From contig NC_133618.1 of the NCBI RefSeq assembly GCF_048593235.1, forward strand, positions 271,275,882 through 271,339,881: DNA of 64,000 bases. The letters are read 5' to 3'. Numbering within the stretch: the first letter of the stretch is position 1; each line of letters begins with the position of its first letter. Shown here piece after piece: positions 10,272 through 24,000 of the stretch. The stretch is from Sminthopsis crassicaudata. Taxonomy: Eukaryota. The notes under the pieces were generated by a model, which ran no database searches, had not been told where the DNA came from, and saw only the letters and a list, made by a program, of their open reading frames with translations. Made by a program: the position numbers and the translations under genes.

Positions 10272-13200
10272 TTTTGATAATATGTATAGTTTCATAAGCA
10301 TTAATGCTTTGTAGGAAAATGTAGTGCCATGTTAGGGGCCAGTGCATGAGCCTAGTAGTAATTTTAAAATTAAAAGTGATGAATTCTTTATATTAATAAC
10401 CAGTAGTATAAAAAAATGGAAAATGTAAAAATTTCCCTTTTTGTGTAAAAGTTCTGAACCTGTATCTTCTCCCTGGGGGGGAAGTGACAGACTAAAAGGA
10501 CTAGTTCAGAAATAGAATTATTCTGGGTTGGAGGCCTTGAATATGTGTGGGGATGTTTCAGCTTCACATAGTATTACATATTCTAAACCTGATATAACTG
10601 TGACTGTCCAATTTATATCACAAACTTAAACTCTGGATGACACCTCCATTTCCCCCACAACGTAGTGATCCTGGCTTATGCTTCTTGTGTGAGATTGTTC
10701 TTCCTATGTCCCTGTATGTTTTCTAGCTTAATCCTGTTTGATTTCTGTATTTAGACATTCTCTGTATCCAGGGACCACAGTACAATTTATATATCTTAAT
10801 TGGGTACTCTTTTATCTGCCTCACATGAGATGCTCTGTCAACTCAAGGGTAGCATGTAGACTTTCACATTTCCTATCTGCACATCACTGTCTCTGGGTTG
10901 TGCAGAGAAATCTTTGTAAATATTAGAATCAAAATATTTGTTTTAGGTTGTCCTCACTTTTCAAATACATTTTATTATTTTTAATGTGGTCTTCTTGCTA
11001 CTTCTCTTGCTTGATTTGCATTTTGAAAATTGGACGGGTAGTCCGTTAGAAGCTTAATAGGTTTCCTTGTAGTGCTTATGTTTGCAGTATGCAGTTTAAG
11101 GATATAACTTTCAAACTTGTACATGTCCTCTTTTTCCTACCTTTCCAGAAGAAGTAGATAATTTTGCCACTCATAGGCTAGTTCATCTTTCTCTGGTAAA
11201 GCAATTCCTGTCTGTAAATGACTTCTTTGAGAAATTGGAGGTGATTTTCTTGAAATTATTGGAGTCCAATTTCCTCAAATAGTGATTAGAATCCCAAAAC
11301 CTCAAATAATCCAGGTTTTATAAAATATGACTCTACAGATATGTGATAAGTGTACAACACTGCATGAGAAAACAACTTTGAGTATGTAGGCCCCTTTGTA
11401 GCAGTTCTCTAGGGACAAGATTCAGGTTCTCTTAGTCTAGACTCAAATAGTTATACCTTTGATTCAAATAGTATAGTGCTTAGGAGAATCAGTTTAAAAA
11501 AAAAATACCTCTGAAACTGCAATGCAAAATAGCACAGTATGCAGGGGGAATGCCCCTGATGCAAACAAAGCCATAAAATAATTTAATAATTTTAAAAGAA
11601 TAACATTTTAGTAGCAATAACTATTTTGCATGTAATAGTAACTAACTTGAATTAGCAAACCTGTAAAGTAAGTTACCACTCAAGTTTGTGGTGTGTGGTG
11701 CTCAGTCCTTGACAGAGCTGCATGAAAGAAAACATGTTTTAGGTAGATGACATCTATAAAAGATGTGTGTGCGCGCATGTCTATGTACACACTAGAGAGG
11801 TTTCATTATGTGAGACTGAAAGCTCCATTTGTTTCCCCAGATAGTGAGCTTTTTCTGGGAAATAAATTGGAGTCTCACCAGCGCATTCCAAGTAGCTTTT
11901 CTACTTGAGACTTTACTTTGAGGATAACTCCTCCATGATAGATTTTTTTTTTCTTCTTTGATTTCTTTAATTCATTTTCTTTTCTAGGATTAAGAAAAGA
12001 ACTTAAATTTGGTATTTGCATTTTCTATATTTGTGGTTAAGAAAGCTCTTAGTGTTACAATTGTGAGAAAGGCTTTATGTTTGTGAATTTGTTTTTCTTT
12101 GTTTTTAACCATATTTTTAATGGAGGAGTGGCCAGAGCCTCTGGCAGCTTGTCCTCTAATACAGAAAACCGTTCCACCTCCCAGCACACCATCCTAGTTC
12201 AGGAGCCAAGGTAGAGTAGTGAGACTAAGTAAATTTTTCTATTGTTTCATACCATCTGTCTATATGGACAATTCACCCTGGCCATTTAGCTCCTAAAAAA
12301 TAACTACATTTCTATATAAGCTAGTTATAAGTCCCTTGGTTCACGATGCTTAATTATATGCCTATATGTGAACCTGGGGAGGGGAGAGGGAAGGCAAGAA
12401 AGTCATGCCTCTTGAACATGATATTCTTTGGTGATTCCCCAAAGGTAAGACGACAACTAAATGTAACCAACATGTCTCAGCCACCAGAGGAATGCACCCC
12501 CTTGGCTTCCTCTTGCTCTTTAGTGTGCCCCACGGTGTTACACATTGGAATAAGCAAGCGATTTTCAGATATCTGGCTTGGTCACAGATGTACATTTGTG
12601 CTAGATAAAGGACTTTATAGAACAGCCACATTAATTATGTATCTAAATGCTGTAATTAACCAGATGCATCCAATGTAAGGATGGTATCCAGATAAGCTCA
12701 TTCATTTAAGGGTGTAAGCATCACCCTTGTGTGGAGATATCACATTAATGAGTGAGCTCTAGTTAAATATGAAGTGTGATCATACAGTATTCCAGGCACT
12801 ATGCAAAATTGGATGAGGTCTTTGCCCTTGAGGAGTTTACATTCTCTTGGTGCTGCTGGTAAAGGCAAATAACTTCCTTTGTTTAGAATATGCTGGGCTG
12901 TTAAAATAAACTTGGCCTAAAAGATTGCTTGTTAAAATTGTTTCTAGAAGCAGAGGGCTACACCAAATTTTAAGGCATTGAAAATTTAACTAGTTTATAT
13001 TGTACTAGCTATGCTATTAATCTTTTCAGAATGTATGTGGAATAGGAGGATAAGGAGTACTATATAAGTAATTTCTTTCAGCATTAGTAAAAGAAACCAC
13101 TTTACTGAATAGGTTCTCCACAACATACTACCTTTGTCCTTTTGTGGTATTATACCCATCACAAAGTTGGCCAGGAAAATCCCTAACAAATATAAAGTTT

Positions 13201-13343
13201 TATATTTACTTTTCTTATTATTTCTGCTGCCGTATCATTTCCACCTTTAAGGGAATGGATTTGTATCCCAGTCTCCCTTGTACCAGTGTGAAATGATCCT
13301 GAATTTTTTTTGTTGGTAATTTTGTAATTCCATTCAGAAGCAT

Positions 13344-13496
13344 CATAGGGATAGACATGTAGAGAACTTGATTGATACCGTCATTTTCTCTTCCCAAAGG
13401 TTTCCCAGTTTTCTCCCTTTCAGTTACAGTATTTGAAAGAAAATTAATTGCATGAATCTCAGCTAAATCCTATGATGCCTCTGAATCAAGAAGTTT
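13344..13496 (+). repeat. Dispersed ~150 bp duplication, copy 1
   Basis: catagggatagacatgtagagaa...ctctgaatcaagaagttt; copy 2 at 15018-15163. Confidence 0.95.
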
Positions 13497-15017
13497 TGTT
13501 TTGCATGTTTATCAGACATGGGTCTGATTGAAGGACCCAAATGCATGATGACCATAAAAGCAACAGTGTGCACAAAAGCCCATAATCCCAGTAGAGCTAG
13601 AATTCTAATATGCATGATTTAAAATGCCTAGTGTCATATAATTACTAGAAAACTGATATATGCATTTATATATAACAAAGCAATAGTAACTATTAATAGC
13701 TTAAATTTACTGCTTGAAAACTCAGTTCTTGTGTGGTTTGCTTCCCATCAATAAAGAGAGGGTAGAGAATAAACAGGGATAGCAGCATGACACTCCAGCT
13801 GTTTAGAAGAGGGTTTATATTAGCCCCCAAAGCATGTTTTTAAAAATAACAGGACAAAGAAGAAGCATGTGGTGTTGATGAATGAATTTCTTAGTTGTCT
13901 CAATCAAAAAGGTGCAGAGTTTCAGGAGTGAGTGGGTGGCCCAACTGTAGTATGGAAAGTAATAACTGGGTCTATTTAAAAAAAGGCAAAAGTGGCCTGA
14001 GTGTAGGCCCAGTAAAACTAGTACTTTGAAGGTGAATGATATCAATAAGCACAGTGCACATATTTCAGGTGTTCAGTAGCTTTTTAATACAATATTTTTA
14101 GGTAATTTTAGCCACTTACAGACAACTGTACTGAATTGTACTGGTGTCAATTAGCAATAATAATGGCTCCCTGCAACAAAGGATATTGTTCCATTTTGCA
14201 GGAATTGACCTGAAAATATTGTTACATCTTTGTTTAGTTGTTATATTGATATATTTTTGAATTTATGTAACTTGAAATAGGTTTTTAGAGCCAAAGATAC
14301 AAAATTATTTAACCCTAATGGTCAGTTAGATTCCATAAGGAATTCTTGCCCCTCAAGATGAATTTATATGCATCCTTATTTCATTAAATAGATTTACTAT
14401 TAACTTCCTCATTTAGGGAGAAAAAAAGCAAATGCTCTTCAATTCACTGCAACACTTCTGGTTGGGGACTAAAGATTCTTGTGGAGCTTTTGGAGTAACT
14501 TGAGATTACCAGAAGCATGTGTGATTATAGCAAACAAGAACTAATACAGTACAAAGAAGTGATAATAAGCTGCTTCCCGCAAAGGTTTTCCTTAAGTTAA
14601 TATAACCTCACTTTAATTGTTGTACAGCTTATCTTGGTACTGTTGGAAAAACTCCATCTTCCAAGGTAAAGGATAAAAATAACCTTCAAATAATCCAGAG
14701 TTGAACCACTTAGTTCATACTTAGCAAGTTTGTTCCCAACACACTTGGAAAGATAAGCTTTACTAAGCCTCTTTAGTAGAACATTTGTGAAACCAACTAG
14801 GGAAATTAAATGTTAATTATTTTTGGTTTAAGACTATATTAACCATCAAGCTTCATTCATCAACTCCTCTAAAAGGGAGTTGTAAATACTGGTACATGCA
14901 ACTCCTTTTATCTTAAAAAACATCAAGAAACTCAAACTTTCAGAATTATTCTTTAAAAGCAAAAACTCACAGTAAGCCTTCCTTCTAAAGATATTTTTCC
15001 CTTGAAAATAAAGGTGC

Positions 15018-15163
15018 CATAGGGATAGACATGTAGAGAATTTGATTAATACCTTCATTTTCTCTTCCCAAAGGTTTCCCAGTTTTCTCCTTTCAGTTAC
15101 AGTATTTCAAAGAAAATCATGAATCTCAGCTAAATGCTATGATGCCTCTGAATCCAGAAGTTT
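15018..15163 (+). repeat. Dispersed ~150 bp duplication, copy 2
   Basis: Six substitutions plus 1-bp and 6-bp indels relative to copy 1. Confidence 0.95.
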
Positions 15164-16049
15164 AGTAAATAGTACTCTTTTTAACAATGAGGTGATTCAG
15201 ACCAGTTCCAATTGCTGCACCATTGTTGAGATGTTAGGTTGTTTTGTTTTTTTCATCATGGGGTGAACTGGAATAGGATATGATAAATTTTTGTAATTGT
15301 ATTATTTTTGAATCTGCTTTTAAATTGTATTGTAAAATAAAACAATTTGACATTAAATTAGGAAGACCCAATACTCACTTATATTCTATGTATTGTATTG
15401 ACTTTCTTTAGTGCAGGAAAGATTGTTTACTTACTGTATGCACATGCAGCACTGTAATCTCTGTTCCATTGCACAGTTATACTTTACAAGGTATATTGTT
15501 AGAATTTCTCGTTGTATATACCTGAAATTTTGCAGACCGCAGCTTGCTGTTATATCTATGCATCTTTGGGATTTTGAAGAAGAGATTTTATTCTTTTGAT
15601 GGTATGAGAAACTTTTTTAAACCATACGTTGGAAATTCTGCAACTCTGTATAAAACTTTTGGGGTTTGTTTTTAGTTTTTAGCAATAAAGCAGCATGAGC
15701 TGAGAATGCACTGAAACTTGACTCTGTCTAAAATTTCTTAAAAAGAGTGAATATTCTGCGGTAATTCTACAAATGATTGTGAAAATGAGTTGGAAGCCTT
15801 AGGAAATGGAAAATCAAAAAAAACTTTCTAAGGAACAAAATAATTCAAAGAATGGAATATATTTACACACAGATCTTATCTCTCCCTTCTCCCATGTCTC
15901 TCTCTTTAAATTTCCCCATTACTGTCAAGGATTTCAATATCCTAGTTACCAAAGCTTATCCATCTCTGGCCAACTTGCTGTACCTCATATTTCCAATCTG
16001 TTGGGGTTTTTTGTTTGTTTTTCATGTTACCAATTTTATTTTTTGTATT

Positions 16050-16990
16050 TCATTTTATGGATTATTTCTTGGTCACTGTTAGGAAAAGTACATATCAAAA
16101 TCAGTATTACCACAAGCAAGACAAGTCATTTCTATTTGCCTCAATTTTTTTCATTTATAAAATATATGCATGGGGAATTTTTCAACATTGACCTTTGCAA
16201 AACTTAATCTGTTCCAAATTTTCCCTACTTTCCCCCACCTTTTCCCCTAGATGGTAGGTAGTCCAAAACATGTTAAATATGTTAAAAATACATGTTAAAT
16301 CCAATATATGTATATATATTTATACAGTTATCTTACTGCACAAGAAAAATCAGATCTAGAAAAAAAAAAAGGAAAATGCAACCAAACATCAACAGAAAGT
16401 ATGAAAATTCTATGTTGTGACCCACACTCAGTTCCCACAGGCCTCTCTCTGGGTGTAGATGGCGCTCTTCATCACTGAACAAGTAGAACTGGTTTGAATC
16501 ATCTCATTGTTGAAGAGAGCCTAGTCCATCAGAATTGGTCGTCATATAGTCTTGTTGCCACCTGGTTCTGTTCATTTCACTTCGCAGCAATCTGTTGTCG
16601 AAACTAGGTACAACCAGCTACACCCAGCGAAAGAACTCTGGGAGATGACTACGAACCACTACATAGAATTCCTAATCCCTCTATTTTTGTCCGTCTGCAT
16701 TTTGGATTTCCTTCACAGATTAACTGTACAGTATTTCAAAGTCTGATTCTTTTTGCACAGCAAAACAACTGTTGGGATATGTATACATATATTGTATTTA
16801 ATTTATACTTTAACATATTTAACATGTTTTGGTCAACCTGCCATCTTGGGGCAGGGGGAGGGGAAGGAGGGGAAAAATTAGAACAAAAGGTTTGGCAGTT
16901 GTCAATGTAAAATTACCCATGCATATATCTGGTAAATAAAAACTATTAAAAATAAAATAAAACAAAAACAAATAATCTTTGCATAAAAAA
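16050..16990. mobile_element. Two L1 3' ends in opposite orientation (about 16050-16585 minus, 16586-16990 plus)
   Basis: Typical marsupial L1 3'UTR blocks; G-rich stretch and AATAAA/A-tail at ~16935-16990. Confidence 0.7.
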
Positions 16991-18689
16991 GAAAAAGAAA
17001 CTACTTGGTAGAACCCTAGAGTTCTCTCTCTAGACTCAGGAAATCTCAAATTCAAATATGACCTCAGATACTAATTATGTAAGTTCCTCTGTCTTGATTT
17101 CCTTTTCTGTAAAAGATTGGGATAAAAGCATTATCCTACAGGGGGTTTGTGAAGATTGAGCTAATGTTTGTAAAACTCTTCTTATAATACCTGATATACT
17201 AAATTTCTATAAATGCCTAATCACTTCTCTTACTGAATATGCTTATTTCTAATTTCACAACATCTGTACGTCCCATTTCTACTCATAGCCACTAGATTGG
17301 TTTATCCCTTTCTCATCCTTGGACTAATATAATAGCTTTCTGGTCAGTCCTTTTCAAGTCTTTCCCTGCTCTAGTCCATCACCTGCTCAGATGCCAAAAT
17401 AATTTTTCTAAAGTACAGGTCTAACTCACTCCCTACCCAATCAGTTCCAATGGTTCCCTGACACCACCACGATCAAATACATCATGCTGTTAAACTTTTA
17501 AAGCCTTTCATAACCTTTTTTTTTTAATCTTCTTTATTCTCTAGTCCACCTATTCTGACTTTGTTGCTATTCATTGAACATGATACTCCTTCCCTCTTGA
17601 CAGCCTGTCCCCCATGCCAAGAATGCTTTTTCTTCTTATTTCTATTATCTGTGTCCCCTGACTTCTGTCAAGACTAAGCTGAAAACCCACCTTCCACAGA
17701 AAGCTTTTCTTGGTTCCCTTTGTTCCCCTTGTCCCTCCTACCATGGCTAGAACCTTTCCTCAGATTTCCTTCCATTTGCATTGTACATAACTTACATGTA
17801 CATTGCATATTGTCCCTACCATTACAATGTAAGCTTGAAGACAGGGACCATGTTTTAGCCATTCTCTGTAACCAAAAGTGCCTGGAGTACATTAGGTACT
17901 TAAGAAACACTTGTTGACTGACTTGATAATACCACCTTTATGACTAGCTCACCTTCACATAGTATTGTAAACCTAATTAAGCACTTTCTTCACAACAACC
18001 CTATAACGTAAATAATAGTCATTGCCTCCACTTTATGGCTAAAGGAACAGAGAAGCTAGTTAGACTTTTGATTTCAAGGTCTATGCTCATTTCGCAATGA
18101 GGCATGACACTTGGGAATATAAAAAGTATATTTTAATGAAACAGCAGTTGATATTGGAAAAATAAAATAGGAATATAATTGTAGGAGTAAAGGGGCATTA
18201 TGAACAAATCATTTAAAGTATTCAGGTAGGAAGCAAAGGGAAGAATGAAGGTTAGTATGGGCAAGGATCTCATCTATTATCAATCAATCAGTTTTTCTAG
18301 GAAAGAAGGACCAAGAATTCCATATTAAGGATGTGGTTGAAGAGTTTCTCTGTGGTATGGTTGAGATTAAGGGGTCATGCAATTTTGATTTGGGATGGAG
18401 GAAGGAAGAAAGGAGGAAACCCATTGCCTCCCAAGGCAGCCCATTTCACCCCAGGACTGAATTTTTTTTTTCTTTTATCAACTGCTTCTCTGCAAGCCTA
18501 TTCCTCTCAATTCTGTCCTGTGCCAAAGAATAAATTTAATTTCTTCTACAAGATAACTTGTGTCTCTGCTAAGTCTTGTTTCTCTAGGCTATAGAACCCT
18601 AATTTCTTCAGCCAATCCTCACATAGCATCTCAAGATTCTTTCCTATGATGGTAGCCCTTCCCTAGATATCACAATTCACTAGTGTATT

Positions 18690-20080
18690 TCTCCAAACCA
18701 AACACAATCATAACATGGATAATTTTGATTGCATTAAATTAAGAAAGTTTTGAACAAAACAAATGCAGCCATTAAATAAATTAGAAAGGAAAGCAGTAAA
18801 TGGGGTAAAAGTTTATAAAATTTCTCTGATAAAGGTCTCAAATTTTAAATATATATGGAACTGAACCAAATTTATAAAAATAAGACACAGTCCAAATTAA
18901 TAAAAGGTCAAATAGGCAATTTCAGAAGAAATCAAAGATCTCAATTTTCACAATGCTCTAGAGAAATGCACATTAAAATAATTCTGAGGCATCACCTTAC
19001 AACTATCAGATTAGCTAACATAACAGAAAAAAAATGACAAATGCTGGAAGGGATTTTTCCACAAAAATAGGTAATACTGTTGCACTGTTGGAGCTATAAA
19101 CTGGTCCAATCATTCTCAAGATCAATTTGGAACTATTACACTCAAAAGGTGATAAAACTGCATATCTTTGACCCAGCAATACTTTTTTTTTAAAATAATA
19201 ACTTTTTATTTTCAAAACACACACAAAGATAATTTTCAACATTCATTCTAAGTTTTTCTCCCTTCTCCCCACTCCCCTCACCTAAACAGCCTGTAATCCA
19301 ATATAGATTAAACATGTACAATTCTTCTAAACATATTTCCACATTTATCATGTTCAACAATACTTCTTCAAGGAGTATGAGTCATGGAAGGTAAAGAAAA
19401 AGATAAAGGACCAATATGTACAAAAATATTATAGCTCCTGTGTGATAGAAAAGAATTAGTAACTGAGAGGGTGCCTATCAATTAGGAAATAGTTGAACAA
19501 GTTTGGGTATATGTATGTGATAGAATATTATTGTGCTAAAAGAAATGAAGTAAATGGTTTCAGAAAAACCTGGGAAGATTTAAATGAGCTGATTCAAAGT
19601 GAACAGAACTAGAACATTGTACACAGTTACAGCAATATTTGAACAAATCAACAATATATGAACTTTGAAAAACTGATCAATTATCTTGTTCAAAACAGCC
19701 AAGTCCACCATAGTTGATCATCACATAATCTTGTTGTTGTGCAGTGTTCTCTTGGTTCTGCTCACTTCACTCAGCATCAATTCATCTAAGTCCAGGCTTT
19801 TCTAAAATCACCTGCTCATTTCTTACAGAACAATAATATCACATTATATTCATGTATCATAACTTATTGAGCCATTTCCCAAATGATGGGTATCCATTTA
19901 GTTTCCAGTTCCTTGCCACTACAAAAAGAGCTGCTATAAATATTTTTGCATATGTGGGTCCTTGTCACTTTATGATCTCTTTGTGTTATAGACCTAGTAG
20001 AGACATAAGAGACGCTGCTGGATCAAAAGGAGCATATACACCCTTTATAGCCTTTGGACATAGTTCCAAATTTCTCTCCA
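18690..20080. mobile_element. L1 cluster: sense ORF2 C-terminus/3'UTR with nested and adjacent antisense L1 tails
   Basis: HIKIILRHHLTTIRLA-like ORF2 end; antisense tail at ~19180-19345 flanked by CAATACTT repeats. Confidence 0.7.
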
Positions 20081-20864
20081 AAGCTGTCTCCCACCTTATT
20101 AAGTGAGCTCCTTGATAACAGGAACTATTTTGCCATTCTTTTCACATGTTTCTTGGCACACATACAGCACTTAATAAATGTTTGTTGACTGGTAAAAATA
20201 TACCAGAAATTCCTTTGTAAGAACAAATACACAAAACATCACAATTTTCTCCAAGTTCTTTTTAATAACTTACTATTTTTTAAAATAAGTACAAGATTCA
20301 TAGGTAGGAAAAAAGAAAAAAGAAAATCTGTAATAATATAGAATGTCAAGATCTCAGCAATATTTATATAAACAAATACTTTGTACAGGTTCAAAATTAA
20401 AATAATATTCTGTTTACTTTCAATATTTCAAAACAAAAGACACATTTGGAAGACAATCATGTATCTTAAGTTTGGGGCACATACAGCCCACTATAATTAC
20501 TAGTAACCTTTGAAGTTATAGTCATTAAATATTTTCTTTAAAAAAAAAAAAAAAAAGACTATACTAAAAGTTTTTTTTTTAAGACTACTAAAACAACTTT
20601 TTAAAAAAGACTACTGACATTTATATAAGCTGAAAAAAATTTTTTTAAACATAACTGAATTCTGAAGCACTGCAAAATGGACAACATTGAAGGGAAGTCT
20701 CAATAAGCTTACTTGGTAAGAAATGTTCTGAAAGACAAATTACTTTATGAAACTTGAATCTTGAGATATATATTCTTGGTCTTTAAAGCTTTCCACTTCC
20801 ATCTTTACTTTTCATCAGTCATAACTTACCAATACATCTGGTTAACCAGAAGAGAAAGAAAGAT

Positions 20865-20870
20865 TTTATT
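20865..20870 (-). terminator. Candidate OIP5 polyadenylation signal AATAAA
   Basis: First AATAAA on the minus strand, ~130 nt after the stop codon. Confidence 0.55.
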
Positions 20871-20999
20871 TGGAGAATGTGCTTTTTTATGTCCCAGAAA
20901 TCAACCAAAGTTAAGACAGGATACACAGACATTAAATACTTCCTGTGATCACAAGTACAGGATGAGCCTACTCTTAAAGGTTTGTTTCTGATTCAAATG

Positions 21000-21098
21000 T
21001 TATTCCAGCTCTACATCCAATGGTCCATGGATGATCCTCTTCAGCTCCTGAATTATTTTTGTTAAGTGAGAGTCCATCATCATAATCTTCTCTTTCAG
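21000..21098 (-). CDS. OIP5: OIP5 coding exon 5 (LKEKIMMMDSHLTKIIQELKRIIHGPLDVELE*)
   Basis: Acceptor gtgttccctag; LKEKI helix start; TAA at 21002-21000. Confidence 0.93.
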   Translation of the reverse strand: MKEKIMMMDSHLTKIIQELKRIIHGPLDVELE

Positions 21099-24000
21099 CT
21101 AGGGAACACACAGCATGTATTAAGCTACAAAATATATTAAGTGACAAAAGAGCATCTTTACATTTAAACTAGATCATTAGCAAGTGACCTTTCACTCTTT
21201 CAAGACTTAAATTATATATTAGATCCATTTCTGGAACCATGGAAACCACATCAAATTTTATTCTATTAGGCTTTTTTTTTTTAAACTATAAATTTGAAAA
21301 CCACCAGAAAACCAAGAAACACTCAAGAAGGATTAAAAAAAAAAAAAAAAAAAAATTAAAGAAAATACCCAGACTAATTCTGGAATAATTTAAGATCAGT
21401 AAAGAACAAAGACAACAATATAATGATACAATCTTATTTTCATCTTATCCTTCCAAATGAATCTTTTCTCTATATCATTTCATCTTAACCTATTTATTAT
21501 GCACTCCTATCATTATTTACAGTGCAATAATATTTCATTTTATGAATATATCAGTTTACTTAACCATTTAATATCGATTAGATTTTTGGGTTTTTTTGGC
21601 TGAGGCAATTAGAATTAAGTGGCTTGCCCAGGATCACACAGCTAGGAAGTGTTAAGTGTCTAAGGTCACATTTGAACTCAGTCCCCTTTAGGGGTGGGGC
21701 TCTATCCACTTCACCACCTAACCACCCCAGTTACTACTATTTTTCAAAATCATCAAAACCTTTATGTCTCTTAATGTCTAAAAGCTATTTCATTGTTTAA
21801 TATATTTATCAGAAGAAATATCAAATTAAGTCTATAGTAATCAACATAACTTTCTCAAAAGTCCTAAAGGATTTCCAAATTTAGACAGTACCTATTTCCA
21901 GGTAGGTAACATATATATTTTTTAGACATGTATAATATAGATAAGCAGAGTCTTGGCTAATTCAGAACAGAGGGCTTAAAATTTATAAACTCATGGTTCT
22001 TTGATTTCAGAAATAAGAGACTTTTGCTGAGCTTTAAAAAAAAGAGGGGGGACACAATGGAGTTTTATTGGACTGTTTGCTGAAATAAAAATTTCTAGGT
22101 TTGTCAGATTAAACCCAAATACCAATAAAAGTTCAAAAATGTATGCCAAAGTTAAATATAAAAGATTGTGGGTTATCAGTGGAGATATATCTATCAAAAA
22201 TTTGGGGCTTCAGGAAGCCGGAGGTTTCGGGGTATTCTAAGGACTGGGAGCTAAGTACCTAATCCATATTCAGCTCCTGATCTTGGAAGAGGCTACAGAG
22301 CAGGAAACAAGTATTCACTGTAGTTCCTAGGATTACAAACATTGGTCATCATGACTACAGAGCTCTCAAAATTGTAAGAAATCGGGCTAGTGGCAATAGA
22401 GGAGAGCGTGTGCCCTGTGGAACTCCCATCTATCAGAAATGTTTCAAGGTGTACCAGAAATGCTGAGACTTACAGTTCTTAGAATTCAGAGACTACAATC
22501 TAAGTGTTGGCTCAGTTCAAAATGTACTGTCTAAGTGTGTCTCATTCTGAGCTTAAAATATCACAGTTCAACCCAAAGAATCCAAGCACCCCATCTTTAT
22601 TTATTGGGCCTTCTACAACTCATCTCCCTACTGCTCACCTCACAACATTTCATCACCCTGGGCATACTTCTGGGTTTCTCATAGCTCCTTTTATTTTTTA
22701 ATTTCATTTTTTTCAATTATCCAGGGTCTACTTCTCACAGCCACTTGTGGACTATGCCTCCAAGCACCCCATCTTTATTTATTGGGCCTTCTACAACTCA
22801 TCTCCCTACTGCTCACCTCACAACATTTCATCACCCTGGGCATACTTCTGGGTTTCTCATAGCTCCTTTTATTTTTTAATTTCATTTTTTTCAATTATCC
22901 AGGGTCTACTTCTCACAGCCACTTGTGGACTATGCCTCTGGCACCATCATGCAGCAACTGCTCTGTGATTCACTGCCTTCATTTGGCTCACAGTCCAAAT
23001 CCTGGTCTCCACATCATTTCTCTTTTTTTCTCAAGGAAATCAATACCTGGCTCACCAACTTCCTTTTCATCTCAATAAGATACTCAGAGGGCTTCAGTAA
23101 ACATGTTTGTGTCTCCTTAAATGCCCTGGGCTCCCTATTTCACCCCCACTCCCATGTCACCCACAGGGATTTCATTATCACCTATTACTAGAGTTATCTC
23201 CAAAATCTTGAATTCTGCCTTTCTTCTCTCTGACCATAACTTCTTATCCCTTCAATCTAACCCCTCCTCTTTTTTATCCTCACTGTGACTTCAAGTCATC
23301 CTTCTCCTGCTCTACAAGTTCCTGCTAAAGTCTTACGTTTTCCCCCAAAATATATTTTTGATTGACAACTTCAAGAATATATCATTGACTACATTGACTA
23401 CAAATCTTAATGGCCTCCTCCCAGTCTCATTTCTCTTGATACCTCTCCAATGTTTGATGCTTTGTTACCACATCTCTTATTGAATACTCTTTCCTACCTT
23501 GGCTTTTGTGACACTTCTCTCCTTGTTTTTGAATTATAATCTATCTCCTGTGTACAGAGAGTGTTTTCCATAGGTGTTTGAAGCCCTGCATTAATTTCTC
23601 ACTAGTCCCACAGCATCAACTGCTTATTAAAGAACTCCATTTGAATTTCCCATCAGCATCTAAAACTCAACATGTCCAAAATAGAGCTTATTTTTTCCCC
23701 TCAATGTATCCCTCTTCCTCTAAATTTCCCTGTTCACCACCCTCTCCCAGCCATCCTTTCTTCTTTACTCCTCCACAGCCAATCATCTGTCATGTGTTTC
23801 TTCTATAACCACATTCTCTCTTGCATCTATCATTTTCTTCTTATTCATACAGCTTATGAACGAGTTCAGGCCCTTATTCCTTCCAATAAAATGACATAAA
23901 TGGTGTCCCTGCTAATAATCTTTCCCCTCTCCAATCCACCCTTCATAAGGTTGTCAAATCAATATTCTCAAAATAAAGGTCTTGCCCATGTTCTTCCTTT

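Larger units (their letters stand above)
7612..15360 (+). ncRNA. OIP5-AS1: OIP5-AS1 / Cyrano lncRNA, candidate long terminal exon (boundaries inferred; promoter and first exons not identified in the window)
   Basis: Syntenic position convergent on OIP5; diagnostic extended miR-7 site at 10246-10271; acceptor CTAAT...cttttcttttgtgtttttag| at 7611; TGTA-flanked AATAAA at 15336-15341; no young TEs recognised in between. Gene identity is strong, boundaries are weak. Confidence 0.7.

Noticed and set aside
12346-12678. 110-aa ATG ORF within the candidate Cyrano exon (possible micropeptide)
   Set aside because: No homology or domain recognised and the length is within chance expectation; it would need Ribo-seq or codon-conservation support.
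21522-21529. Second GTGCAATA (miR-92 family 8mer)
   Set aside because: Isolated, within an OIP5 intron and outside the candidate lncRNA exon; expected by chance.
22392-22427. Minus-strand GVPQGTRSPLL, resembling a non-LTR reverse transcriptase motif
   Set aside because: Flanking RT motifs and the spacing to a YADD-like site are not convincing.
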